DNA of 64,000 nt from Anaerolineales bacterium. GTDB lineage: Bacteria > Chloroflexota > Anaerolineae > Anaerolineales > Villigracilaceae. The translations under genes were made by a program, and so were the position numbers. The first letter of the stretch is position 1. Each line of letters begins with the position of its first letter. A model generated the notes under the pieces. That model had not been told where the DNA came from. It ran no database searches and saw nothing but the letters and a program-made list of their open reading frames with translations. Positions 35,657-45,660 of the stretch are shown in pieces. Where the stretch lies: positions 11,604 to 75,603 of the forward strand of contig DAOUMJ010000209.1 in the NCBI GenBank assembly GCA_034411715.1, written 5' to 3'.

Positions 35657-36221
35657 AGCCACTCGAATTACATTGCTCGTCACGCAAACGCTGGAACGGA
35701 TCGGGATTCCCTACGCGGTGGGCGGCTCGCTGGCGAGTTCCCTGCACGGCGTCATGCGCTCCACGCTGGATGTGGACATTGTGGCAGATATGAAGGTGGA
35801 ACACATCCCCGCCCTGGTTGCCGCGCTCTCGAAGGAATTTTATGCCGATGACGAAATGATGAAAGACGCCATCGCGCATCACAGCAGTTTCAACCTCATC
35901 CATTACGAAACCGCCTTCAAGGTGGATATTTTCATCCGCAAGTTGCGCGCCTTCGATCAAATGCAGTTGGAACGGCGCAGGCCATCGGTCATTGCCACCG
36001 AACCCGAAGAAAGCGTGTACGTTGTCAGCCCCGAAGATATCATCCTCTCCAAACTGGAATGGTATCGCATGGGCGGGGAAGTGTCCGACCGCCAGTGGCG
36101 CGATATCCTGGGTGTGCTGAAAGCCCGCGCGGGCGAACTCGACCTGGCCTACCTGCGAAAATGGGCGGGCGAACTGAAGGTCAGTGATTTGATGGAACGC
36201 GCTTTGAACGAAGCGGCATGA
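35646..36221 (+). CDS. Nucleotidyltransferase-fold protein (MNT/AbiEii-like)
   Basis: NTase signature 'AVGGSLASSLHGVMRSTLDVDIV' (G-S ... D-x-D). ATGA overlap with the res start. Confidence 0.65.
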   Translation: MQGEATRITLLVTQTLERIGIPYAVGGSLASSLHGVMRSTLDVDIVADMKVEHIPALVAALSKEFYADDEMMKDAIAHHSSFNLIHYETAFKVDIFIRKLRAFDQMQLERRRPSVIATEPEESVYVVSPEDIILSKLEWYRMGGEVSDRQWRDILGVLKARAGELDLAYLRKWAGELKVSDLMERALNEAA

Positions 36222-39200
36222 AAAAACTTCAAACCCTCCTCAATGATATTGATTTCGAGTCCATGCCTGCCGCATGGACAGAGTTCGATTTGGCGCGCTT
36301 TTCCAGGTCCAAGAAGTTGTGGGATTACCAGCAAACCGCCGTCGAGAACGCGCTCAAGGCATTGTGGAAGTATTACTCGTTTGATTCCGTCATTGCGAGC
36401 GAAGCGAAGCAATCTCGTGTTAGCGCGGGGATTGCTTCGGGCGGGCAAAAAACGCCCGAACGCCCTCGCAATGACGCGATACGAAAAGAAGCCTTCCATC
36501 AATGGTACGCCGACAACCAAATCGAACTTCCCGAACTTTCCTTCGGCAAAAAGCGCGATAACGCGGCTCTGCTATCTCCTTATTATCCAATTACCAATAA
36601 CCAATTACCATATTCCCACTTCATCAACCGCATGGGCTTCTGGATGGCGACAGGTTCGGGGAAAACCATTGTCATCGTCAAACTCATCGAAATCCTGTGG
36701 GCGCTCATCGGGCGCAAAGAAATCCCCGATAACGACATTCTGGTACTCACCCATCGCGAAGACCTGATCCAGCAATTGCGCGGCCACGTGGACGAATACA
36801 ACGCGGCGAGCGGCAGTCTCTTCATCCGCTTGAAGGAACTCAGGGAATATGCCGATATCAAGCGCGGCTTTCCGTCCCTGCTCGGGCATCAGGAAATCAC
36901 GGTCTTTTACTATCGCTCCGACAACCTGAGCGACGAACAAAAAGAACGCATCGTTGACTTCCGCAATTACGACAACAACGGCCGCTGGTACATCTTGCTG
37001 GATGAGGCGCACAAAGGCGATAAGGAAGATTCCAAACGCCAGCACATCTACAGCATTTTGAGCCGGGACGGTTTCCTGTTCAACTTCTCTGCCACCTTCA
37101 CCGACGACCGCGACAAACTCACCACTGCCGCCGAATTCAACCTGTCCAGTTTCATCGAAGCGGGTTACGGCAAGCACATCTCCATTCTCAAACAGGAAAA
37201 CAGCGCCTTCCGCAAAGACAGCGGCGATTTCACCGACGAGGAAAAACAGAAGATCGTCCTGCAATCCCTGTTGATGATGACTTATATCAACAAGACACGG
37301 GAAGGTTTGCTGGAAGCCACCGGCACGGAACTCTATCACCGTCCGCTTTTGCTGGCGCTGGTCAACTCGGTCAACACCGATGACGCCGACCTGAAAATCT
37401 TCTTCGCCCAACTGGAACGCATCGCCAAAGGCGAACTTGGCCGCGAGGCCTTCTCCCGCGCCAAATCCGACCTGTGGAATGAACTCAAAGCCGAACCTGA
37501 ATGGCTGTACGAAGATTCCCGCTTCATCCCCGACCAAAGCCTGTTCCAAAGCCTGACGCTCAAAGACATCCTGAAAACGGTCTTCAACTCCGAAAATCAC
37601 AGCGAGATCGAAGTGCTGACGCGTCCGAGCAACGACAAGGAACTGGCGTTCAAACTCAAAACGTCCGCCGCGCCGTTTGCCCTTATCCGCATCGGCAACA
37701 CCGCCGAATGGCTCAAAGACGTGCTGGCAGGCTACCAGTTCGTGCAGGGTTTCGAAGATGAGAGTTTCTTCCAGCGCATCAACGAGGAAGACAGTGAAAT
37801 AAATCTGCTCATGGGTTCGCGCAGTTTCTACGAAGGCTGGGATTCCAACCGCCCCAACGTGATTACCTTCATCAACATCGGCGGCGCGGACGCCAAGAAA
37901 TTCATCCTGCAATCCGTTGGGCGCGGCGTCCGCATCGAACCCATCCCCAATAAACGCAAACGACTTGCGTCACTGGATACTGCGAAAGAAGTAGATCATT
38001 CCCTGTTCACACAGGCAAGACCATTCCTCCCTGCTGTTGAAACCCTCTTTATCTTCGGTACCAATCGCGCCGCGCTCGAAAGCGTCTTCAAAGAACTCGA
38101 CAACGAAAAAGAGAAGGAGGAAGGCGTCGAAATTGCGCTCGAAGTCAATCCCGCCGCTGTGGATGGTCGGCCTTTGCTCATTCCCACCTATCGCTATTCC
38201 AACCAACCGCTCATCGAGCAACGCGCCCCAAGCAAGTTCGATATTCCGCAGGAGGAATTGGACTATCTGAACAAGTATCTCAAGTATCTTGGCGATGAAC
38301 GTTTATTGCTGGCGCATCACGATCTATCCCCGCAACAAATCGGCTACGTTCAAAAAAGCGTTGCCGATCCTGATACCTATTTCGACACATCGGGCGGACG
38401 GAAATTCGGGAATATCAACATCCTGCTCCCGCGCCTCGTTCGCTATCTCGACATCATCCCGTGCGAGTTGGAAGGCTTCAAGCCGCTGGAGGCCGAGATC
38501 AACCATTACAAGCATATCCGCGTGTTTCTCAAAGACATCGAAGAATTGCGCAGGAAAATAAAGGCAGTCCAGCAATTCAGCGATCCTGAAGAGCGAAAAA
38601 CCTTTTTGAAACAACGACTGGCAACAGGGGAAATCAACATTGATACCTACACCGCTACCATCGAAGGCATTGCCCGCACGTCCGCCGAAGAAACCTTTAC
38701 CCCGCCACAAGGCGCGACCCTGAAAATCAAAAACATCGCCGCGCATTACTATATGCCTCTGCTTTTATCCGAAGACGAAAAAATTGATTACATTCGTCAT
38801 GTCATCCACGTGGAAAGCGAAGTTTTTTTCATCAAGCAATTGGAAGATTACCTTCAACAAGACGACAACTACTTCAAGTCCTTTGACTGGTGGATGTTCA
38901 GCCGCGCCGATGAAACGCTGGATAAAGTCGTCATCCCCTATTACGACCCAACCCAAAACAAAATGCGCGACTTCCATCCCGACTTCATCTTCTGGCTCAA
39001 ACGCTGGAACGATTACTTCATCCTGTTCGTTGACCCCAAAGGTATGCAAAATACTGGTTACGAATACAAGGTGGATGGCTACAAGGATATTTTCTGGGAG
39101 AACGGAAAGATGAAATCCATCCCTTATCGCGGCCTGAATGTTTGCGTCTCACTGGCGATGTTCAATCCTAAAGCAAGCCAATCGCCGCAGGGATACAACG

Positions 39201-39256
39201 ATTGTTGGTACGACCATCCAAAGCAGGTTTTGAAGAAGTTGATTGCACATAATTAA
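36218..39256 (+). CDS. res: Type III-like restriction subunit: SF2 helicase plus C-terminal PD-(D/E)XK nuclease (1012 aa)
   Basis: 'LWDYQ', Walker A 'MATGSGKT', 'LLDEAHKG', 'SATF', 'QSVGRGVRI'. C-terminal 'FHPDFIFW...ILFVDPKG'. In-frame hairpin repeat at 36389-36475 and a heptamer tract at 36587-36610. Confidence 0.85.
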   Translation: MKKLQTLLNDIDFESMPAAWTEFDLARFSRSKKLWDYQQTAVENALKALWKYYSFDSVIASEAKQSRVSAGIASGGQKTPERPRNDAIRKEAFHQWYADNQIELPELSFGKKRDNAALLSPYYPITNNQLPYSHFINRMGFWMATGSGKTIVIVKLIEILWALIGRKEIPDNDILVLTHREDLIQQLRGHVDEYNAASGSLFIRLKELREYADIKRGFPSLLGHQEITVFYYRSDNLSDEQKERIVDFRNYDNNGRWYILLDEAHKGDKEDSKRQHIYSILSRDGFLFNFSATFTDDRDKLTTAAEFNLSSFIEAGYGKHISILKQENSAFRKDSGDFTDEEKQKIVLQSLLMMTYINKTREGLLEATGTELYHRPLLLALVNSVNTDDADLKIFFAQLERIAKGELGREAFSRAKSDLWNELKAEPEWLYEDSRFIPDQSLFQSLTLKDILKTVFNSENHSEIEVLTRPSNDKELAFKLKTSAAPFALIRIGNTAEWLKDVLAGYQFVQGFEDESFFQRINEEDSEINLLMGSRSFYEGWDSNRPNVITFINIGGADAKKFILQSVGRGVRIEPIPNKRKRLASLDTAKEVDHSLFTQARPFLPAVETLFIFGTNRAALESVFKELDNEKEKEEGVEIALEVNPAAVDGRPLLIPTYRYSNQPLIEQRAPSKFDIPQEELDYLNKYLKYLGDERLLLAHHDLSPQQIGYVQKSVADPDTYFDTSGGRKFGNINILLPRLVRYLDIIPCELEGFKPLEAEINHYKHIRVFLKDIEELRRKIKAVQQFSDPEERKTFLKQRLATGEINIDTYTATIEGIARTSAEETFTPPQGATLKIKNIAAHYYMPLLLSEDEKIDYIRHVIHVESEVFFIKQLEDYLQQDDNYFKSFDWWMFSRADETLDKVVIPYYDPTQNKMRDFHPDFIFWLKRWNDYFILFVDPKGMQNTGYEYKVDGYKDIFWENGKMKSIPYRGLNVCVSLAMFNPKASQSPQGYNDCWYDHPKQVLKKLIAHN
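36389..36475. repeat. Same GTCATTGCGAG...CTCGCAATGAC element in frame in res (87 nt = 29 codons)
   Basis: GTCATTGCGAG-CGAAGCGAAGCAATCTC...GGGGATTGCTTCGGG-CGGGCAAAAAACGCCCG-...CTCGCAATGAC. Translates to 'VIASEAKQSRVSAGIASGGQKTPERPRND'. A partial left arm also occurs at ~56618-56632. Confidence 0.85.
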
Positions 39257-39423
39257 AAAACGACTCCTCCTTTCCTCGGCGGGAATTTATTTGAACTTCC
39301 TTCGCGCTTCTTTGTGTCCTTCGCGGTTCGAAAGTTTTTCCGCTCCAAACTCGTGATATTCGTCAATTGTCCGATACGCCAACTTGACCTATACTTGGAG
39401 CATCCCAACCCTTCGGATATTAC

Positions 39424-41412
39424 ATGAGCAAACGACGTACTCCTACTCGAATTGACCCGATCAACCTGCCGCGCCGCCTGCGGGAGAGCCTCGCGGAAGC
39501 GAGTGAATTGCTGGAAGAAAAAAAACCAGTCAAAGCGAAAGCGATACTCGAAGAATTAGTCAAAGCCTTTCCTCGCCAGGAGGACGCGCTCGGCCTGCTT
39601 GCCAACGCCTGTGCGGACACAAAAGATGATCGAGGCTATCTTCAGGTGATGCTAAAACTCCACAGCCTCCGTCCCAACAACCCGGAATACAATCTTGGTT
39701 TGGCGGGCGGCTACCTGAGCAACGCCTACATAGTCCTGGCCCTGCAGACTTTCGAACGTTTCATCAATCGGTGGCCGGGACATCCAAAAGCGGACGATGC
39801 CCGTGAGGCCATCAAAACAATTCGCGGAGGGCTGGATAATATTCTTGGCGAACTTCGCCTGGAGGAAAAGGATGGGCTCGAATTTTCAGCAAAACACGAT
39901 GAATTAAGACTCTGCCTCGACACCGGCCAATACCAACGCGGCAAGACGCTCGCAAAGGAACTACTCAAGGTCAAGCCCGATTTTGCCCCGGCGCGCAACA
40001 ACCTGAGCCAGATCTATTGGCTGGAAGGCGACACTGAAAAAGCCATCGAAACCTGCAAGGAGGTGCTTGCCCTCGAGCCCGATAACATCCACGCGCTTTC
40101 GAACATCATCCGCCTCCTGTTTCTGGCCGGTCGAAAAGAAGAGTCGTCGGTCTACATAGCAAGGCTGAAGGAATCCAGAGCCGAAGCGGCAGACCGCTGG
40201 AAGAAAATCGCCGAGGTGTTGAGTTTCATCGGCGACGACCAGGGAATTCTCGAATTGAAAGCGCAGGCGCAGAAAGAAGCCAGGCCGGAGGAGTTGGACG
40301 AGTATTTTCATCATTTTGCGGCAGTTTCAGAGCTGATTGTGGGACAGGAGAATGAGGCCAGGAACGATTGGAGACATGCCCTGAAACTCCAACCAGGTTT
40401 TTCTCCCGCCCAGGAAAACCTCGATGACCTGAAACTGCCGAAACACAAGCGGAACGGTCCCTGGGCGCATTCGATGGCGGAAATGGTCACCAGGAAAACC
40501 GTCCGTGAATTGACCGATGTAATCCAACGCGCCGCCAAAAGCAAAAGCGGGAATAGCGTCCAATTTGCCGCGCAACGCTTCCTGAATTCGCACCCCGAAA
40601 TCCTTCAACTTGCGCCGTTGATATTAGAGCGAGGCGAGAAGATCGCGAAGGAACTCATTTTGAACGTCGCGGATATGTCCGCTCATCCAGAATTTCTCGC
40701 CCTGCTCAAGGAGTTTGCCTTCGGCCAGGCGGGGTCCGACAAGATGCGAATGGAAGCGGCCCAAATCCTTTCGCAACACAACGCCGCGCCGGGCGGCCGG
40801 GTCAATATGTGGATTGAAGGCGAGCAAAGGGAACTTCTCCTGCTCGGATTTGAAATAACTCCCGAGCCGACGCTCGACATCCCCTTGAAACCCAAAGTAG
40901 CGGGCCTGCTGGAGCAAGCCATCTACGCGCTTCGCGAGCGTGACGGCGCGCGGGCCGAACAGCGCCTGCGAAACGCGCTCGCCCTCCAGCCCGAAGTTCC
41001 CACCTTGCTCAACAACCTCGCGGTAGCCCTCGTCCTGCAAGGGAAACAGGCCGAATCAGACTCCATCCTGAACCATCTCATCCAGGATTTTCCCAATTAC
41101 TTTTTCGGGCAAATGTCGCTCGCCCGAATATCACTCAATGCGGGAGACTACGAAAAAGCCCATGCCATTCTTAATCATTGGCTGGAAACCAAAAAGAAAT
41201 ATCACCACACTGAATATAACATGCTGTGCAAGACCGAGATTGACCTTATGCTGGCGGAGAAAAAATACGAAGGCGCAACCTCGTGGCTTGAGATGTGGGA
41301 ACGCACCGAACCGGACGACCCTGAGTTCGAAAAGTACAAAGCATTGGTGCAGATGTCCCGAGGCCTGTTCAAAAATCCTTTCGGAAACAAAGACCAAAAG
41401 AAAAAGGAGTAA
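39424..41412 (+). CDS. TPR-repeat protein (662 aa)
   Basis: Repeated 34-aa TPR-like units ('NLGLAGGYLSNAYIVLALQTFERFI', 'NLSQIYWLEGDTEKAIETCKEVLALEPDN', 'LNNLAVALVLQGKQAES'). Confidence 0.75.
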   Translation: MSKRRTPTRIDPINLPRRLRESLAEASELLEEKKPVKAKAILEELVKAFPRQEDALGLLANACADTKDDRGYLQVMLKLHSLRPNNPEYNLGLAGGYLSNAYIVLALQTFERFINRWPGHPKADDAREAIKTIRGGLDNILGELRLEEKDGLEFSAKHDELRLCLDTGQYQRGKTLAKELLKVKPDFAPARNNLSQIYWLEGDTEKAIETCKEVLALEPDNIHALSNIIRLLFLAGRKEESSVYIARLKESRAEAADRWKKIAEVLSFIGDDQGILELKAQAQKEARPEELDEYFHHFAAVSELIVGQENEARNDWRHALKLQPGFSPAQENLDDLKLPKHKRNGPWAHSMAEMVTRKTVRELTDVIQRAAKSKSGNSVQFAAQRFLNSHPEILQLAPLILERGEKIAKELILNVADMSAHPEFLALLKEFAFGQAGSDKMRMEAAQILSQHNAAPGGRVNMWIEGEQRELLLLGFEITPEPTLDIPLKPKVAGLLEQAIYALRERDGARAEQRLRNALALQPEVPTLLNNLAVALVLQGKQAESDSILNHLIQDFPNYFFGQMSLARISLNAGDYEKAHAILNHWLETKKKYHHTEYNMLCKTEIDLMLAEKKYEGATSWLEMWERTEPDDPEFEKYKALVQMSRGLFKNPFGNKDQKKKE

Positions 41413-41415
41413 TCC

Positions 41416-42273
41416 ATGTCCGAACCCCGCAAGAAGATCACCCTGCCCTACCTCTTCGACAAAGTGAGGAAGGGCGAACCCATCACCTGGCTGACGTGCT
41501 ACGACTATCCCACCGCCTATTTGCAGGAGCAGGCGGGCATCGAGATGATCCTCGTCGGCGACAGCCTCGGAATGACCATGCTCGGCTACGATTCCACGCT
41601 GCCGGTCACGATGGACGACATGATCCGCCACTCGCAGGCCGTGAGGCGCGGCGCGCCGACCGCGTTCGTCATCGGGGATATGCCCTATATGACGTACCAG
41701 CCGAGTGTTGAACTGGCTATACGCAACGCGGGACGCTTCATGGCCGAAGCCGGTTGCGACGCCATCAAACTGGAGGGCGGCGCGGCCATGGCCGACCGCG
41801 TCAAAGGCATCGTGGAAGCGGGCATCCCGGCCATCGGCCACCTCGGGCTCACGCCGCAATCCGTCTCCGCGCTGGGCGGCTTCCGCCTGCAGGGCAAGTC
41901 CGCCGCCCTGGCGAAAAAGATCGTGGATGACGCCAAAGCCCTCGAACAGGCGGGCGCGTTCTGCATCCTGCTCGAACTCGTCCCCGACCGGCTATGCCAA
42001 CTGATCACCGAGCGCGCCGAGAATTGCATCATCATGAGTCTCGGCTCCGGGCCGAACGCGCACGGTCAACTGCTCATCTACCACGACATGTTCGGGCTGT
42101 ATCCCAAATTCAAGCCGAAGATGGCCAAGGTCTACGGCAACGCGGGCGAGGTCATTCTCAACGGCCTCAAGAACTACCACGATGAAGTCATCGCCAAAAA
42201 ATTCCCCGCGCCCGATAACTGGTTCGGGATGCCGGATGAGGAATATGACGAACTGAAGAAGATGCTTGGATAG
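41416..42273 (+). CDS. panB: 3-methyl-2-oxobutanoate hydroxymethyltransferase
   Basis: 'TCYDYPTAYLQEQAGIEMILVGDSLGMTMLGYDSTLPVTMDDMIRHSQAV', 'DAIKLEGG', 'GHLGLTPQS'. AAGGAG lies upstream. Confidence 0.92.
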   Translation: MSEPRKKITLPYLFDKVRKGEPITWLTCYDYPTAYLQEQAGIEMILVGDSLGMTMLGYDSTLPVTMDDMIRHSQAVRRGAPTAFVIGDMPYMTYQPSVELAIRNAGRFMAEAGCDAIKLEGGAAMADRVKGIVEAGIPAIGHLGLTPQSVSALGGFRLQGKSAALAKKIVDDAKALEQAGAFCILLELVPDRLCQLITERAENCIIMSLGSGPNAHGQLLIYHDMFGLYPKFKPKMAKVYGNAGEVILNGLKNYHDEVIAKKFPAPDNWFGMPDEEYDELKKMLG

Positions 42274-42365
42274 TCTCATAGTCTGATAGTCAAATGGTCA
42301 AGCCGGCCATGGGACTATCAGACCAACGACTATAAGACTATGAGACCATGAGACTATAAGACTAC
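42270..42365. repeat. AGTCTGAT/GACTATAA-family palindrome after panB (shares units with 31195-31235)
   Basis: GATAGTCTCATAGTCTGATAGTC [AAATGGTCAAGCCGGCCATGG] GACTATCAGACCAACGACTATAAGACTATGAGACCATGAGACTATAAGACTAC. Confidence 0.85.
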
Positions 42366-42385
42366 AAAACCAGGAGACTACCCCC

Positions 42386-43648
42386 ATGACCAACCTCCAA
42401 AAATCCCTCAAAATCTCCCCCGATAAACTCAAAGCCGTCAATTCTGTTTTTCTCGACCCCGACTCGCGGGTGATGAAAGACTTCCTCGCCGTGGTGGAAA
42501 AATACGGCACGCCCGAAGAGATCAACCGCAAACACCGCGCCGCGCGCAAAATGGAGAATCTCTTCAAGATCGTGCGGGAACGCAACCCCCAGGCGATCCA
42601 GGATTTGAACTGGCTCATCGAACAGCGCGACCGGGGCGCGTTCATCTCCGTCGAAGACTATCGCCGCCGCGTTCTTGGACCCAAAGCGGACGCGACCAAA
42701 TTCAAGGACCGCTACGCCGTCACGCTCGAAGTCTCGGCGCTCCAATATTTCCCGTGGATTCGTCCCATGGCGGAACGCGCTATCGCCGAGAAGACGCTCG
42801 TCCCCGGCCGCTTCATCGCCGTCCGCAAGATGAAGGAATCCGAGGCCGACGGCGACTTGCCAGCCATCGTCGCCGCGCTGGACATCATCGGCGCGTCCTT
42901 CGTCGAGACGCTGGACACGAAGGGGACGGACGGCTCGAATCCGCACCTCGGCGGCCCCGCCACCATCACCGGCTACTTCGGCGGGATCGGCCAGCCCAAC
43001 GAGCACGCCCTGCAATGGCTGGACGAGTTCCTCTACTACTACACCAACTACGGCGTCCAGCACGTCCTGAACTTCAACGCGGGGACGATCCTGCTCGGCT
43101 TCCTGCTCCACCGCCTCGGCGTGGACATCCAGTTCAAGATCTCGGTCTTCTTCGGCTCAGACAATCCCTACCACGCGCTGTGGATCATGACCATGGCGAA
43201 ACTGTTCAGCCGCGACGACGGGACCAGCCCGCTCATCGGCTTCAACTGGTCGAACTCGATCAACAACCAGACCATGGAACTGACCGCCGAATTTCGAAAG
43301 GCGCTCGGCTTCGAGAAGGTCGTCCGCTTCGAGCATCACATCGTCGAGACGTGGAAGAGCATCGTCGTCCAGCCCTACAACCGCCGCGCCGAACTGATCG
43401 AAATTGCCGACCACGTGGCGAACATCGCCGCCAAACACGAGGGCGGCGACCCCGAAGTGGAGCAGACCCTCGCCCACCCCTCCGACATCCTGGATTACTT
43501 CCGCGAGAAGAAGGAGGTCATCGAAAGCGGCGATTGGGAGGCTCTCCAGACCAACTTCCTGTACAAGGTGGAGGCGGCCAATCACACCGCCTGGGATTTG
43601 ACGGCGAAAGGATTGTCCTTTATTGCCGCAAGGAATTTGCACAAGTAA
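42386..43648 (+). CDS. Conserved-looking hypothetical protein (420 aa), function unknown
   Basis: Long ORF with host-like composition and AGGAG upstream. No motif I can assign. Confidence 0.7.
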   Translation: MTNLQKSLKISPDKLKAVNSVFLDPDSRVMKDFLAVVEKYGTPEEINRKHRAARKMENLFKIVRERNPQAIQDLNWLIEQRDRGAFISVEDYRRRVLGPKADATKFKDRYAVTLEVSALQYFPWIRPMAERAIAEKTLVPGRFIAVRKMKESEADGDLPAIVAALDIIGASFVETLDTKGTDGSNPHLGGPATITGYFGGIGQPNEHALQWLDEFLYYYTNYGVQHVLNFNAGTILLGFLLHRLGVDIQFKISVFFGSDNPYHALWIMTMAKLFSRDDGTSPLIGFNWSNSINNQTMELTAEFRKALGFEKVVRFEHHIVETWKSIVVQPYNRRAELIEIADHVANIAAKHEGGDPEVEQTLAHPSDILDYFREKKEVIESGDWEALQTNFLYKVEAANHTAWDLTAKGLSFIAARNLHK

Positions 43649-43670
43649 GGTTGAACAAATTACGAACAAA

Positions 43671-43704
43671 ACGCCCTCCCAGGCCGCTGGAGAGGGCGTT
43701 TTCT
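43671..43704. terminator. Bidirectional rho-independent terminator between convergent genes
   Basis: ACGCCCTC-CCAG [GCCG] CTGG-A-GAGGGCGT followed by TTTTCT. An A-rich run on the other side serves the minus-strand gene. Confidence 0.7.
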
Positions 43705-43725
43705 GATGGCAATTCTCCACACGCG

Positions 43726-44667
43726 CTATTTCATTTCAAATGGATACACAGCCACCAATGTATCGCCCACGGCAATCCAATATTCATACTTATCGCCCAC
43801 CTTGATATTTCTAAGCACGGCACTGCAATGTCTATAACCCAGCATTTCATAATACGCTTTAGTCTCAATCTTCTGTGTCTGAACGTTATATAAGCCAATC
43901 ATAAATTGTTCCCGACTTGCCTTTTTCGGATAATCTTGGAAACAAATTAAACGGCCTTCAGTATACCCTTCGCTAATATCGTCAAAGCGTTGCGAGGCAA
44001 AATCAAAGACTGTAATACTTATGGCATGGAAATAATTTTTGAACGCCTCTTCGTCCAAAACATCGGGAAAGGGCAACGTAGCGGGTGGCACGATTTGATC
44101 CGGGAGTAGCCTTTCCACCTGTTGTGCTAAAGTCACCACATCATCCAAATTCGCTTTTCCGTTGGGGTTGAAATTGCTTATCCGAATCATGGCATTCCCC
44201 TTGTAGAAAAAGAGCTGAATTTCCTTACCGCCCTCCTCCACCTCGGCGGCAATCGCTGCCTGCCCAATCGTTGGCACAGTAAGTGTGACAACAGGATTGT
44301 GAATGATTAGATCTGCCTCGGTAAGTAACTTATCGCTTGCGGTCACGGTGGCGCTAAGATTGATGTTGCCAGGCAAATTGCACAACAGCCTTGCGGATGT
44401 CATGCCAACAGAATACTCAATCCACTTGCATTGAGGAAGGTCAGCAACCGTAGGCAAGTAGACAATTGGTTCGGGGCCTGGAATTGGAGTGGGGGTGCTG
44501 GTAAAGGTTGGCGTAGGCGGTACAGGCGTAAGGGTTGGCGTTGATGTTGACGTTGCCGTTACAGTCGGGGTAATAGTAGGGCCAAACACCTGTCCCGGAC
44601 CGCAGCCTGAAACAAGCAGGCTGAGCGCCAATAAACATACTGTAACCGCTTTTGCGCTTGTGTCCAT
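43726..44667 (-). CDS. Lipoprotein with a Thr/Pro-rich linker, function unknown
   Basis: Start at ATG 44667 after AGGAGG. Lipobox 'LLVSGC'. 'TPTVTATSTSTPTLTPVPPTPTFTSTPTP' linker. AT-richer island. Confidence 0.75.
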   Translation of the reverse strand: MDTSAKAVTVCLLALSLLVSGCGPGQVFGPTITPTVTATSTSTPTLTPVPPTPTFTSTPTPIPGPEPIVYLPTVADLPQCKWIEYSVGMTSARLLCNLPGNINLSATVTASDKLLTEADLIIHNPVVTLTVPTIGQAAIAAEVEEGGKEIQLFFYKGNAMIRISNFNPNGKANLDDVVTLAQQVERLLPDQIVPPATLPFPDVLDEEAFKNYFHAISITVFDFASQRFDDISEGYTEGRLICFQDYPKKASREQFMIGLYNVQTQKIETKAYYEMLGYRHCSAVLRNIKVGDKYEYWIAVGDTLVAVYPFEMK

Positions 44668-44932
44668 GATTCCTCCTGTCGCTATTACGGGCGCACCCGG
44701 CAACTGCTCATGCGAGTTGCAATATCACAAGGCGGTTCGCAATGGTTGTTGTGATACTCACATATTATTATAACATTAAAGCCAGACAATTGGCTGGCCG
44801 AGCAGTAGCGAGATCCAAACACAGAAAAGGTCGCGGCAAAAGGCGAATGACTCTAATATTGTAACGCAAGGTTGGCAGCATGGGGTCGTGAAAGTGACCA
44901 GCGGAAGGGTCTCGGAGATTCTCTTATTATCG

Positions 44933-45460
44933 CTAATCGTCCTCAGGCGGCGGCATTTCCTGTTCTTTTTTACCGATGAAGATAAATGACTCCAGGTCAT
45001 CCAAATCTTCGGGGGCATATTTTCGGAAGACCGCGCGAACTTCATCCAGCGCCTCATCGGACGCCCAGCCTAATAGCGTGCCCAAATCACCCAGGTCGCG
45101 AACTCGTTGGGCAGACATTTTCATCAGCACCAGATACGGCAAACCAACAACAGGGTATCCGGCAGGATCCTGTTCCGTATGCGATAAGGCTTCCTTCAAC
45201 CACTTGTATTTTCCAAAGATGACATCCAGCTCAGTTCCATCAGGAGCGACCAACAGATAACCAGGGACAGCCAAACGCGAAGCCACACGATAACCAGCCT
45301 GTTTCAGTTTCCTGATCGCCTCTTCGCCATCCTTCGCATGAACAACTATGTCCAAATCCTTCGTTGTGCGTTCAGGCATGTAGGCGCGAGTCGCCACGCC
45401 TCCAACAATCGCCCATTGGATCTCCTTCAAGATGGGGCGTAAATCAGGCCATGGATTCAT
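44933..45460 (-). CDS. Nucleotidyltransferase-fold protein
   Basis: Start preferred at ATG 45460 (AAGGAG 7 nt upstream). The track ORF extends to 45616. 'AIVGGVATRAYMPERTTKDLDIVV' G-x ... D-x-D signature. Confidence 0.6.
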   Translation of the reverse strand: MNPWPDLRPILKEIQWAIVGGVATRAYMPERTTKDLDIVVHAKDGEEAIRKLKQAGYRVASRLAVPGYLLVAPDGTELDVIFGKYKWLKEALSHTEQDPAGYPVVGLPYLVLMKMSAQRVRDLGDLGTLLGWASDEALDEVRAVFRKYAPEDLDDLESFIFIGKKEQEMPPPEDD

Positions 45461-45660
45461 AGCCGTTCTCCTTCTCATAAACTCGTGACTACTGCCCGTG
45501 CCTGGCCTGCCTCGCTTCAACGCCATGTCAATCATAAACCGCCGCACTTGGCGCGGGGTTAGGTTGCCGTCTGGCGCAATCCTGGCAATGGCTGGGGGGA
45601 CCGGTAATGCGCTCATACGGCAATCTTACTATAACTTTGGCAGGTGTTACAATCGAAGCC

